A stretch of DNA of 64,000 nt from Lytechinus pictus (GCF_037042905.1 NC_087247.1:21080001-21144000); one strand, 5' to 3'. Counted from the stretch's first letter, positions 1 to 20,324 are shown. Notes: generated by a model not told the origin, from the letters alone. Numbers and translations: made by a program.

Positions 1-1001
1 TATTGATAGTTTTCACAAACTATTATTTTTAGTAAATCACGATTTTATATTTCATATTGCCATATATGTGTGTGTAATATTCCAAATTGAAATGCATATT
101 TACTAGACTTATCATTTAAAACTCTGAATAAAAATAATTCCATATCAAAGATAACCAAAAATATGATGATAATCCGTCAAAATATAAAAATGCGTGATTT
201 TCAACAGTCTTTCAAATTTTACGCAAAAAATGATACTTTCACGCAAAAGTGCACTTGGTATCCGCCCGTACGTTATTCCTCAGGATTTCCGCAAGACTTT
301 TAGCTGGGATGCAAAGAATTGACAAATTGTGCTATCCAATTAAAAACTCACTTTAGAATGCACTTATACATGTAATTAAAAACTCGCTTTAGTATGTACT
401 TATACATGTAATTATGTACATAATGTACGGTATTTTCAATTTTTCTTTCAAAATGCGCACCTTGTAAAATGCACATTGTCTCCTTTCGGATAACATAAAG
501 TGAGATATCTTCCATCTTACTTGAAAATTCTTTTAATATTTGTGACATTAGGACATTTACTATACATTTGATGGATAAACGCAGTTAAATCGAAGAATTT
601 AAGCTGCGTAAAAAAACTTCAAACTATTGATAGTTTTCACAAACTTTTATTTTGAGGAAATCGCGGTTTTATGTTTCCCTGTGCCATATGTGTGTGTGTA
701 ATATTCAAATTAGAAATGCATATTTATGAAACTTATAATTTGAAACCCTGAATAAAAATAATTTCATATCAAAGATAATCAAAAATATGATGATAATCCG
801 TCAAAATATCAAAATGCGTGATTTTCGACATTCTTTCAGTTTTTACGCTAAAAATGACACTTTCACGCAAAATTGCGCTTGGCATCCGGCCGTACGCTAT
901 TCCTGGGTATTTTTGCAAGAATTTTAGCTGGGATGCCAAGCATTAACAAATTTTGCCGTCGAATCCTTATCTAGAGCACTTTTTGACTTTTGGCCGGTCT
1001 A
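1..1001. repeat. Direct repeat with about 624-bp period, probably part of a larger repetitive element running off the window
   Basis: 1-335 is repeated with high similarity at 625-955 (TATTGATAGTTTTCACAAACT...TTTTAGCTGGGATGC). Confidence 0.8.
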
Positions 1002-1296
1002 CTATTACAAATATTTCAATGACTCCGACTTTGTATGCGTTTCTGTATCTTGATAATTATGTATGATTTATATAATATATTTACTTTGTATAATTTTATC
1101 AATTGTATATATACGTATTTTGTTTTTTTGCTTTTAGGGCCCCTTTTAAAACCAGCTTTTTCTGAAAGGGCACCCTATTGAAATATTGTTTAAATGAATA
1201 AAAGAATAAGGGGGAATGGAAGAAAGAAGATGTTTCAAAAGACAGATCTTGGTAGTATAATTGTATATTCTTATTATCATTCAATTTACAATGTGT

Positions 1297-1908
1297 TTAA
1301 AGGTCAAGTCCACCTCAGAAAAATGTTGATTTGAATTGATAGAGAAAAATCAGACAAGCATAATGCTGAAAATTTCATCAAAATCGGATGTAAAATAAGA
1401 AAGTTATGACAGTTTAAATTTTCGCTTATTTTTCACAAAATAGTTACATGCACAATTTCGTCACATGCAAATGAGAGAATCGATGATGTCACTCACTCAC
1501 TATTTCTTTTGTTTTTTATTGTTTGAATTATACAATATTCCAAATTTTTACAGATTTGACAATAAGGACCAACTTGACTGAACCATAAAATGTTAAGCAA
1601 TGGTAATTCCACATGTCCAGGGAGAAATAAAACTTTGTTCCACAGGACAATGCGGAGAAAATTAGAATATTTCATATTTCATAAAATGAAATACAAAAGA
1701 AATAGTGAGTGAGTGATGTCATCAGTTCCCTCATTTGCATACCAACCGGTATGTGCATATAACTGATTTGTGAAATTAAGCGAAACTTAAAAATATCATA
1801 ACTTTCTTATTTTACATCCGATTTTGATGAAATTTTCAGCATTATGCTAGTTGGATTTATCACTTTTTATTCAAATCAACTCTTTGATGGGGTGGACTTG
1901 TCCTTTAA
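1297..1908. mobile_element. Non-autonomous DNA transposon, Kolobok/T2-MITE-like (TTAA flanks, AGG...CCT ends)
   Basis: TTAA-AGGTCAAGTCCACC...GGTGGACTTGTCCT-TTAA with long imperfect inverted arms. Same family at 34171 and 58609. Confidence 0.8.
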
Positions 1909-2399
1909 AGAATAACATACATTATACAGCTTAAGCGATAGCTCAGTCAGTAGAGTGGGGGTTTTGAATAAGCCAGTTCGTAGTTCCCATCTGTGCATGA
2001 TCAGAAGATTCTGCGCATGATCAGAGGAAGGTCATTTGTACTAAAGTGACATGGCGGTTTAAAATTTAATGAGATAAGCACCAACTTCGATGTCTTGATT
2101 ATTCATATATTCTTTTGAATTGTGTTTTTCATTCACATCCACAAAAAACAATGCGTCCACGAATGACTGGTATATTTCACAGTATGCCAAGTACATTGTA
2201 CAACATCCTCTAATATGCAACAAATACCTTCATAGAGTGTTCATTGATGTGCTATTCTAGTCACCTGGTCTATTCAATTTCTTCATCCCGCTATGTAAGG
2301 CATGCATACGTAATATCTTGCTTTGAAATCTGCCTATATCTTAATGAAAGAAATGGAAGGTCATGTGACCAAAATTGTCCATTAAGAAACTACGAACTG

Positions 2400-2560
2400 G
2401 TCTATTCTGGTGACTCGGGTTCGATTCACAAATGGTGTACAAGTGCCATTTGGTTTATAGGCATTTAAATCCTCATTACCCGGTCCCTCGGAGAGGACAA
2501 TAAGCCGTCGGACGTCTTGTTGCTTACTTACCAGGATTGATGCTTTCTTAGCAATCACAC
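2400..2560 (+). mobile_element. Degenerate tRNA-derived SINE copy, same family as 8176-8370
   Basis: GGGTTCGATTC B-box and ATCCTCATTACC.GGTCCCTCGGAGAGGAC..TAAGCCGT shared with the 8176 copy. Confidence 0.65.
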
Positions 2561-3917
2561 TATTAAAAATTAAAAAGTAACTGTAAAAAACAGTAATTAT
2601 TACTGGCAGCTGGGACTCACAAACAGTATGAACTGTTAAATTACGACGAGCTGCAAAATTGAAAAAAAAATGATAACTGAAAAAAACCCACCATGTTAAC
2701 ATTCATTTAACATGAAAATCGCCGTTAATTTACAAATACGAACACTATTCATACGATAGATGCACTGCAATCAACGTAAAAACACGATAGTTCGTTTGCA
2801 TTTTTACAAAGATTTTTATATTTTGCTTTGTTTTACATTTAACCTGTAATTCTACGTTACATATCACTGCACAAATGCGTTTGATCTTTTAAATCGTTTG
2901 TGTCGTCTGTTTTTAAAAGGTAAACATCCTGTAAATTTTTACGATTTTTCTTTGTAAAAGTAAAACCATTACCATTTTTTGTATCCCCCACTTACCTTTC
3001 ACCTTTTCTTCATCTCTCTATCTCCCCTATCATTTTGTTTACGATAAAAACGTTCTACTGGATGAGAAATTCCTGGTTTATACAAAACAATCAGACAATC
3101 GTAACACGTTCATAAAATATGCGTATTATGCAATTATTTTGTTAATTCACAGACCCCTTATCACGTATGATTTCTACATTGTTTGTTCCCAGACCTTATA
3201 AAATTTATACGGAAGAATGGTCCTATAGGACGTTCATACGTATCGCTCATCTCGTCATGCAACAGGCCCTATAAACGCGAGGTTCGAACTTGCACCCCAA
3301 CCACCCGCTGTGGGCATGCGCGCAGGCGCAGTGGCAAGTGAAAGGTGCAAATGTGCTCGAATACTCGCTCTGCACCTTTTCCAGTTTTTAGTGTGCACAG
3401 TCTTGGCCTACCGATTGTAAATAATGGAGCAAACATGGGTAAAAGGTTGCATTGTAAATAGCGTTGCGGTAAAAGTTGGTTGTTCAAAAGTGCACTTTGT
3501 ATTTTATCTTTTTATAAGGATACTTTTTACAATTTAGAAATGTTAACGAATTTACACTAAAGTGTTATCTGGGTACCAAATAGGGTTGGTAGGATACGAA
3601 GTCGTTGAATTTGTGAACGACTCAGTCGATGATTGATTTGAACATTCATCAGGGAGGGGATGATATACATTTTACTTGATGATATTGATTGAATTTGATG
3701 ACCGGGATGATGATATTCTGTAAAGCCCTTTTTACACTACTACTACTACTACTATTACTACTACTACAACAACTACTACTACTAATAGCACTACTACTAT
3801 TTCTACTATTATTATTACTACTTCTTCTACTACTATTGCTTTTACTACTACTGCTACTACTGCTACTGCTAATACTACTACTACTACTACTACTATAATA
3901 CTACTAGTCCTACTAAC

Positions 3918-4090
3918 NNNNNNNNNNNNNNNNNNNNNNNNNNNNNNNNNNNNNNNNNNNNNNNNNNNNNNNNNNNNNNNNNNNNNNNNNNNNNNNNNNN
4001 NNNNNNNNNNNNNNNNNNNNNNNNNNNNNNNNNNNNNNNNNNNNNNNNNNNNNNNNNNNNNNNNNNNNNNNNNNNNNNNNNNNNNNNNNN
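3918..4090. other. Assembly gap (N run)
   Basis: Run of n characters. Confidence 1.
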
Positions 4091-4176
4091 CTTCCTATTC
4101 TTCTAATTTATCCTGTCTTTACTACTGGTACATAAAAAAATATTCTACTGGTACAAAAAATATACTACTACTACAG

Positions 4177-4212
<36 letters not shown>

Positions 4213-4284
4213 TTACTACTACTACTTCTACAATTATTAGTAACCTACTACTTCTCTTTCTACTACTACTACTACTACTACTAC

Positions 4285-5592
4285 CAGTGGCGTACCGTGG
4301 ATCACGGCATGGGGGGGGGGGGCTGAAATTTTTTGATATACAGACCTAAAAAGGGACATTATAATCAAATTTTTGTAATCATGATATGTACCTGTCTCGC
4401 TAAACAATGCGAGCGCGAAGCGCGAGCTGAAATTTTTGTATATATTGACCCAAACGGAGAGTTTAAGGACTATATTTTACGCATCCATTAGGAGTATACA
4501 TTCATATAACCATATATATCTAATGCGAGTGCCAAGCGCTTGCTGATTTTGTTAGAATTAAATCTTAACACATGAAGCACTTGTAGTCATTGTAATCCTG
4601 AATAACATACGCATCTCACTAATCGAATATTGCGAGCGCTTTAGGAAATTCAGACCTGAAGAGGGGCATTTTAAGGCTAATTGTTTGCAGGAATTCACAA
4701 AACCATACGTATTTCACTAACCAAATGATGCGAGCGCGAAGCGTGAGCTAAAATTTTTATATACATGTATATTGAATACATATATCTCACCATAGTCATG
4801 TAATGCGAGTACCAAGCTTGCTGATTTTGTTAGAATTACATCTGAACGCATGAAGCATTTCTTGTAGTCATTGTAATCATTATTATCATACGCATCTCAC
4901 TAATCAAATATTGCAAGCGCGAAGCACGAGCTGAAAATTTAGGAAATTCAGACCTGAAGGGGGCATTCTAAGGATTGTTTGTAGGAATTCACTAAGACCA
5001 TACGTATTTCAATGACCAATGATGCGAACGCGAAGCGCAAGCTGAAAATTTTTGATATTAAGATCAGAAAAAAGGGACATTTTAAGGACTGATTTTAGGG
5101 GTTCATGGAGAGCAGACATATCTCACCAATCCACTAATGCGAACGTAATCACGGACAGGAAATGTTTTATATTAAGACCTTAACATGGGGCAATCACTTT
5201 AAGTAGTCATGAAAAAGAAGCATATGTCACTACATAAAACAATAACAACTCAAAGTGCGAGGAAATATATTTGGTGTATATTGACTTGAAAACTTGAGGT
5301 TTTAGTACAACAGAATTATATATCTCGTTGAACAGGCAATGCGAGCACCAGGAACAATGAAGACATAGGCCCTGAGAATAAAGTTATAATAAAAATGTTT
5401 CTTATGTAATATAACATAACATAATCATGATATAATATAACATTATAATGAACAATAATTTCTTATTTCCCACTACGTTTCTCTTCCTTTGTACCTCTTT
5501 TTCTCCTCCCCCTTTTTTTTGGAGGGGGGGGGGGGGTCAGCCGATGGGGGGGGGGGGCACTTGCCCCCATGCCCCCCGTAGTTACGCCACTG
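4285..5592. mobile_element. Non-autonomous hAT-like DNA transposon with internal tandem subrepeats
   Basis: TIR CAGTGGCGTA...TACGCCACTG, poly-G/poly-C subtermini, ACTACTAC on both flanks, recurrent internal AATGCGAGCGCGAAGCGCGAGCTGAAA motif. Confidence 0.7.
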
Positions 5593-5606
5593 ACTACTAC
5601 TATTAT

Positions 5607-5653
<47 letters not shown>

Positions 5654-5996
5654 TATTACTACTGTAATACTTCTATTCCTACTACCTATACTACTATTAC
5701 TTGTACTACTACTACTACTACTACTACCATGACTACTACTACTACTACTTCTTCTTCTTGTTCTACTACTTGTACTACTAGTACTAGTTCTACTTCTACT
5801 ACTGCTTTGACTTCTACTGCTTCTCCCCCTTTTACTTTCTGTTTTTTCACTACCGGTGCAACTATACTAATTTTAACATTATACTACTACTACCAATTTT
5901 GTATAGCAAATTTCAGTTTTCTTGTATTATGCTTTTATTTAACAAATCTGACCCACGATTGGACTTTAGGCATAATATAAATAAACTACACTCGGT

Positions 5997-6152
5997 GGGG
6001 CGTTTCATGAAAGGACTTGTCGGACGTTTTATCCGACAAGTCCCATTTTATCCGACAGTTACCATAGGAACAGTGTCTCTCAGCCAATAAAAATCATGGA
6101 AAGATGTCAGGTCTGACAACTTGTCGGATGAAAATATTGATGAAACGCTCCC
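5997..6152. mobile_element. Short palindromic MITE, Harbinger-like
   Basis: GGGGCGTTTCATGAA...TTGATGAAACGCTCCC with an internal GACTTGTCGGA/TCCGACAAGTC hairpin. Confidence 0.6.
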
Positions 6153-7712
6153 CAGGTCTGCATTATTATTTACAGAATTTACACAACCTTTACGTGCTTT
6201 ATTTGATCTTTTTCAATGTTATCTTACAGTCATGACAATTCTTATCACCATAATAGGTCCATGTTATCACCTAAAGTTTTCTATGTATCTTCTATATTCA
6301 ACATATTCGAAATTATGAACAAGTAGACTTAATTTTTGTTGTTATTAGTTTGTGTTAAATGAGTGATATTTCGACCAACCTTCATTGTAGAGTATCCCTC
6401 GAACTATTCTTGTGCATATTTATTTTGTTTATGTTTTGTCACTTTTATGTCACATCTGACTTGTAAATATGATTGCAACAATTTTCGCAAATATTAAATA
6501 TATCTAACACTTTATATTCTGTTCCACGTTGTATGTATACAATTTGCGTTCCACTTAATCTGTGCATAAAATATGTTATCAACTATTCAACGATATCATC
6601 GTTTTTATCAAAATGATAACGTCTCACTCACATTACCACTCTTTAAAGAGTGGCTTCTTTTAGGCACAAGTTTAGCGAAGGCCTCAGTCTGCTGAAAATG
6701 AACAAGGCTATCAAATGTTTGGTACGTGAAGTATTATCTTCATCTCTTTAATCCATTAAAATGAAATTTAACATGTCTAATTTCATTGAAATATAAGCTC
6801 TTAGTTTAACGAACGCAGAAAAATACGGGCGAAAACTCTATCATAATTAAACATAAATAAACCGAAGCAGTATTATTTTTGTGACGTCACTTGTATCCAA
6901 TTTCGTCGTGTATAAAATCCATAAATAATTCGTACGCGCTTCTATAAAAACATTTTTTAACCATCTTATAGAGTTTATCAAGGCCTATAGGCCAATACAA
7001 CATGGGGAGCAGATAGCAAGTACGCCACAGAAAAATAAATTCAAAATTTAAGAATTTTATCATAACCATGATAACTTCATTCAATATCTTCCTATTTTCT
7101 CTTTTAACAGAGCAGATATGGCGGTAAAATTCCCAATATATATTTCAGAGCCAGTGTTTTAACTAGAACACAATTTTGAATATTTTTGGTTTGGCTATTT
7201 CCCCTGCACGATCCAAAACATCTAAGAAGGCACCGATACTAATTAGTTACTGTGTAACAGTGAGCAAACTTCAAATGACATAAACGTAGGAGTAAATAAC
7301 ACTGTTATCCTTATCGACTATATACTCGTGAAATCTCTTAGAGCAGGTAATTAAGAAATTATCGTAATCTGAATGATAAGAACCAATCGTAAGTGCCTCT
7401 TGTGTCAAGTAGGACTGTGTTTTGATGACGATAAATGACGAGGTCAGAGCGTGGACGAACAAGCTAATCGACATCCCTCATAACCTTCGACCGAAATCAA
7501 TTTGACTGTCTTCATTTGCTAAGTAATCAAAATATATCACAACCGATCTTAATTAGTTAGAGATAAAAAAAGAAGCAAATCGGCATAATATGACATGTAT
7601 GATTATTAGTAGAGTGTTATACTTGTTCGCTGGAAGGCTGAGAACAAAACTATTTACAAGCTGTATTGCATTCAACTGACAAACATAAACAGACGGATGT
7701 AACAGCTAGAGT

Positions 7713-14096
<6,384 letters not shown>

Positions 14097-14351
14097 GAGT
14101 TGAAGAAATATCCCATTAAAACTTTATTATTGTACAACTATCATTTGTTTTATTTGATGTGGCATATGCTGCTAGCTGGAAACTACGGGACGGGTGTTAC
14201 AGCGAGAGTGTAAATGATTAAATCACCGGTTCGGTGATGTAGTATTAAAATCATTTATTGAAATATGATTATTTCATAACCATAATAATCTATTTGCCAG
14301 TCGTTTCAATGTCAAATTCTTAAAATGCACGAACGTGCAATTTAGGTTATA

Positions 14352-15120
14352 CAGTGCGTCCCAGAAAAAACGAAACCGAGATTTAGCGATGATTTATCAT
14401 AACTTAATCACAAATACAATAGACAAATGACCTACCATTGTAAAGCTTAGAATCTCCTCTTTCATCTGAAATTCATCTGAAACAATTTGAAGAGGGGATA
14501 CCAAAAAGTCATTTGGCGGGCTGTATCTGGGTTTCAAAAAGAAAACCACATTTCTAAAAAGTTCAATATCTGCTCTTTAATTTGATACCTCAATTACAGA
14601 AAATGGTCAAGAAATAAGAAAGTTCTGGTTATTTGAAATAAGGCTTGAATTTCAATAATTTCATAAAATGAATAGGTTTTACAGGCTAGCGGTCAAACTC
14701 ACTCGACACTCTGTTTTGTTGACGATCAGCCATGCATTTAGTCTTTTGTTGACCATGCGATAGCTTCTGTGGGAAACCGGTGAAAACACGTTTATTTAAT
14801 GAAATTATGGAAATACAAGCATTGCTTCGAGGGAACGTAACTTTTTTACTTCTTGACCATTTTTTGTGATTAAGGTATCAAATTAAAGAGCAGATATTGA
14901 ACTTTTTAAAATTCAGATACCCCCGCCAAATGAATTTTTGATATCCTTTCTTCAAATTGTTTTTGCTCACTCATGCGTGAATGAGGAATAATCTAAGTAA
15001 TATCAGATGAAAGAGGAGATTCTAAGCTTTACATTGGTAGGTCATTTGTCTATTGTATTTGTGATTAAGTTATGATAAATCATCGCTAAATCTCGGTTTC
15101 GTTTTTTCTGGGACGCACTG
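14352..15120. mobile_element. Tc1/mariner-like foldback MITE, second copy of 8801-9611
   Basis: Same TIRs, TA flanks and central spacer as the 8801 copy. Confidence 0.85.
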
Positions 15121-15693
15121 TACAGCGTGTGAATACAACATACATCTGTATCAGTGCATATTTTGTGTGGTTTCACTTTCACATAAATAATTCACACTAC
15201 TTCCGTTCCGTTCAGATAATACCTTGCCCTTTTTCATTCTGTGAATTTATTTTATTATGAGTACAAGGAATCGTTATGGCATCGACGTGTCAAGAAAGAC
15301 ATGGATGTCATATACATGATTGCAAGCATGTTAATTTTAGCGCATGATATTGTTTAAAACATACGTTTACTTGCTGGAATAAGAATCCCCAAATTATCGT
15401 TTGGTATTATCACACACGGAAAAGATAAACCGATAATCTTTAAGAGTAAATTGGTGTTTATTATAAAGAAAGCACCTCAACTATGTATCTTTAAATAAAT
15501 TTCAAGCTTCAACCAACCTTTAATTCATATGGGGCGACTCTGTATCTGTTTTGACACACGTAGTGTAACATGTTCCTCAGAAACTAATTATATCTATACG
15601 TCTGTCAGTCCAGTAGGTCCAAGGTAAGTCTCAGCCAAATATTATAGTTAAACTCAGGAGGATGAATTCTATCTCGTGTTTCTCTTTACTCCA

Positions 15694-16298
15694 TTAAAGG
15701 GATGGTCCAGGCTGGAGTTATTTATATCTCAATAAATAGAGTAAAATTCACAAAGCAAAATGCTGAAAATTTGATCAAAATATGATAACAAATAACGAAG
15801 TTATTAAATTTGAAAGATTTGCATTATTCCGGTGAAACACTTCTAGGCATGTCTTCATGAATATTTATTAGGTGGGATGATGATGTCATATCCCCACTTG
15901 TTCTTTTGTATTTTATTATATGAAATCAGGTTTATTCCAAAAAATTCTACCAAAAACTAAAACAATTGGATTGACAACTGATTAAGTGCATTTGTTATTG
16001 CCGCAACTTATTTCATCGTAATGGAGACACATCATGTACACATGTATGAAATAATGAAACATTTATGATTTCATTTAATACAAGAAAATGGAAAGTGGGG
16101 ATGTGACAACATCAGCCCATCTAATGAATAATCATGACGATGTGCTTATAACTGTTTTCACAAAATATTAATAAACTTTAAAATTCAATAACTTCGTTAT
16201 TTGTTATCCGAATTTGATGAAATTTTCAGCATTTTGCTCTGGGAATTTTACTCTATTTACTTAGATATAAATATTTTCAGCCCGGACCATCCCTTTAA
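15694..16298. mobile_element. Kolobok/T2-MITE-like element, related subfamily
   Basis: TTAA-AGGGATGGTCC...GGACCATCCCT-TTAA with inverted subterminal arms. Confidence 0.8.
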
Positions 16299-19200
16299 GT
16301 GCTCTTGCAGGGGAACTGATGTTTATTCCTTCCTATCTCTATACTCCATTAAGTGCTCTCGCTGGGGAACTGATGTTTTATTCCCTCTTATTTGACTTTT
16401 GAGTCAACATGATGAAAAAATACAGTACATGCTGAAAGCAGTATGTTGACGAGTCATGAAGTTTTGGTATCATGTCTAGAGTTAGGCGTAGAATAAATAT
16501 TGACCACTCATTGATAAAATGATAAAAGAATGAGATTACATTGGTTTAGATCTGTTAAGGTATCAATTATCGTGATACGTATTCATGAACTATAGACTTG
16601 CCGTATGCGTGGTTTACATTAAACTTACGATATAATGCCAGACACACCCATTAAAATGATATGTGTTTATTCATTAAAGTTATGAATAGTCATTAGAGAA
16701 ATGACTTAAAATCTTTAATCATTACCCATTAAAAAAATCAGGCAAACGGATCATAGTTATTTGTACAAAATGTAAATGATAAGTTTGTAAGGGGGAGTGA
16801 GGTCTGTAAATAACTGCATATTTTGTTTTTGTAAAAAAGCATTTCTCAACCATAGAAAGACATGAAGCTTTCTGTAAGTTTTTAGATGCATTCGTGAAAT
16901 AGGTAGGATAAGTATCAACTTGGGTCTTTCAGACATAATACATTACATAGAGAGGGCTCAAAATAACCGAGAAGTTAATTTCTTTTTTTTTTGCAAAAAA
17001 TCAACAGGTGAAAAAAAATGAATGGCGGCTACTCTTTTGTAGTTTTGAATAATCAACTTTCTTTTCTTAGAAACTGATGATTGATAACATTATCATTCTA
17101 TTCACACATGTGTTTATGGAGATAAGTAATGTGAAATCACCGGAGATTCACTGTCATATACAATTCAAATCATTTTCAAATTCTTCGAAAACTCCTTGCC
17201 AAGTTACAAAATCCTCTTTCCATACGTTGTTGCTTTCCTGCCATTCATTCCAGATATCTTCAAAGTTAGATACGATAGGAGGAAGAATACAAATATTATA
17301 CTATGATATTATTACAAATGTATTTCATTCTTAATTTTTCCTTATCGTGCAGGTGGATTCATATTTCATTCAATGAATATAAGTTTGTTCCATGTAAGTT
17401 GTATTAGACTATCATTCACACGTTCCATTCATGCTCGAGCACATTTTCTATAGATTCGGGAAAGAAATATGAGACAATTGAGACAGATGGTGTTCGAAGA
17501 ATGTTTCCTGAAAATGTTAGTCCCGTCGGATGGAGATTGTTGTATACACAAAAATTCTCGAGGACTGGGCATTCTTGATTAAGATATTTTAATTGTAAAA
17601 TTAACCAGAAATGTCAGGTGTTAGATTAGATCATTCAAACCATATGTGTTTTCTGATCATTATCTTATTCTACCGACTATCAATACAAACTAAAATCTGA
17701 TGACTGAAACTACATACAGGCATAATGGATAGTACAACTAATAAATTTTTTTCGTACATTTACAAAGAGAAGAGTTGATTTCTAATTCATAAGAAATGAA
17801 TACCTGTGTAAGTTTTCAATTTCAGTAGATATAGGTAATCGTTTTCAAGAGATATTTGTTTTTGACTGATTTAATACAAAATACTAAAACCAGCCATGGG
17901 TTGTTGAAGGAACAAACCATAGCTCTTATGCACCCCTGCCCCTAAAGTTACAATTTACAAACGACTGGAAAATTCAAAAGAGACAATTATGATTCCGAAA
18001 ATTTTCATGGCATATAAAAATTGAATGTGTTTTTTAACAGGAAATGTAATGGTCTGTTAAACTGGTGAGATTAATTCGGCTTTAAAGTAAATAATTAGGT
18101 TGTGCTTATTTTTACATATAGGTTGTTTCTGAGAATTCATTGTTGATTCCCCGTGTCACTCTTGAAAAAATTAGGTCGGTGAAAATTGACCAATATGATG
18201 TTTAATGCTACCAACTGACGGTATTCCTCTAAACATTTTTGAGGTTTGCTTAATTTTGACCAATTTGGGGTCGGATAATTATTTGTCAACTCAATGGCTA
18301 TTCATTTTATAGTTTTTCATGCAAATGCCACCTTCAAGGAATACTCACATGCTAGGTCCGTAGGTCAAGAAGTATTGAAACACCGTATCTCCTGCTTCAG
18401 CATGAAATCTTGAAGTTGTGAGGGTTGGACAAATAAAATCGAAGTCACCGTGAAAATGAATGAGCTCCTCAAGAAAGTCCGCCTCTGGATCGTCCGCCTT
18501 AGCCCAATCTGTGTATTCCTCAAGGATTGATCTCTGTAGGATGGCGTCACCAAGGCCATATTTCGCCGATGATGCCTTCACGGATTCTTCAAGAGTGCTC
18601 TTGCTGATTGGTGGTCCAGTCGATGAACCCGCATAGGCGAGGTTCTCTCCGAATTCACGGATGGAACCCTCGTCCTTGTTGAAGCCGATTAGTAGCTTAG
18701 GATGCTGCACATCACCCCTGCTGTACAGGTTGGCTGGTGTGTCAGTGAGTAAGTAGCCGTCTACAGAAACAGAGTACACGGGATATACCTATAAATGAAA
18801 ATACCAATACTTGTTTTGGCTGCAGGTTTCAAGGCATTTTTAAAAATATTTACGATGTGCATGGTTGCTTGAGAAATATAAAAATATAAAACATACTCAA
18901 GCAGAATGATATGCTAACAAGTTACACTGATGGATTGCAATACGAGACTTACTAATTTATGTTTATAGGAAAAATCGACAGTTTCGTAGGTGACAAGTGA
19001 TAATCAATAACTATATATTGGAAGCAATTAAAGCGATTATTGAAGATCACAGACATTTCATTTTATTTCATTTTATTTCGGATATCATCCATAATACATT
19101 ACCCTGTCTGCCGCAGCACGTAGTCGTCTGCCATCGAGTCCTTTCAGGCACTCTATTAATTCACTTGAAGTGGTCGAATTACATCCTAATTGCTCCCCAG

Positions 19201-19630
19201 TTTCCATCGCGTATCGCTTCTCTGCACTTCTGTCTGATCGATAAGCGAAGTTAGAAAACGCCGAACCACTCTGTATTGACATCGACACACATTAAATGAC
19301 ATAATTGATACATTATATACCTGTATCGGCGATGGGGTCGTCCTAAAGAGCTTTCAGATCTTACAGCGTTACTACAGCGCAAATCCACGTAATGGTGGAG
19401 GTGGACACAGAGTTCAAAACTCATAGCTGTGCCCTTAGAAGTCCTTACTGTATACGATTTCAATTTACTATAGTTTCCTTTTATAATGCCTAATATTTGA
19501 AATTGCCATTCAAATTTCTTTCAAAAAATGACGTCAAACAAAATTAAAATCTCATAAATTATGGTGCTCTGGTAAAAATAATAATTATGCTTTAAATGCA
19601 TCTTATTCTACTCCTGAGCCATTTTTTTCA

Positions 19631-20324
19631 TTTGTCTCGCTGGAACAGAAGAACGAGACTATATAGGCGCCGTTTTTCCGACGGCGGTGACGTCGTCAAC
19701 ATAAAATCTTAACCAAGGCTAAGTTTTTGAAATGTCATCATAAATTGGATATTATATAGGCCTAGTTCATGAAACTTGAACATAAGGTATATAATTTTAT
19801 AGTCAAGTCACTAAACATCCTGTATGAGTTTCAGGTCACATGATTAAGGTCAAAGGTCGTTATGGGGTCAACGAACTTTGGTCATGTTGGGGGTAATTGT
19901 CGAATTGCCATAACTTTAAGAGTTTATGGATCCAGTTCATGAAATTTGGACATAAGAGCAAGTATCACTTAACATCCTGTGTGAGTTTCTGATCACATGC
20001 TTAAGGTCAAAAGCCATTTCATGTCAGTGAACTTTGGCTATGTTAGGGGTATTGTTGAATTGCCATCATAACTTTGAAAGTTTATGAATATAGTTCTTGA
20101 CGCAATAATGAAAGGGTAATCAAGTATCACTAATTGTTCTGCATGAGTCTTAGGTCATATGACCAAGGTTAATTGTCATTAAGGGTAAAAAATAGAGTGT
20201 TTTATTATCATATGAATGGTGTTTTTTTTTGTGAATATGTATTCAATGGTCGTTTTAAAGTCAACACTGCTGCTATACTGAATCGCGTAATGCAGGCGAG
20301 ACTGCCAGAAGCGTTCCACTTGTT
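19631..20324 (+). mobile_element. Helentron/HINE-like non-autonomous element with internal tandem repeats
   Basis: T-rich ends, subterminal GTCTCGC / GCAGGCGAGAC inverted motifs, internal GGTCA-rich repeats; reverse-oriented homolog at 56584-57361. Class assignment is inference. Confidence 0.6.

Larger units (their letters stand above)
3735..5810. repeat. Degenerate (CTA)n microsatellite, interrupted by a gap and a transposon
   Basis: CTACTACTA runs at 3735-3917, 4160-4284 and 5593-5810; explains the poly-L/Y/T ORFs. Confidence 0.95.

Noticed and set aside
3689-5980. Poly-Leu, poly-Tyr and poly-Thr ORFs, and the F/S-rich ORFs at 35077 and 42412
   Set aside because: Translations of (CTA)n and (CTT)n microsatellites.
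6881-6890. CRE palindrome GTGACGTCAC upstream of gene 1 and TATA-like runs upstream of genes 2 and 4
   Set aside because: Short motifs that occur by chance and inside repeats here; no transcription start data to support them.
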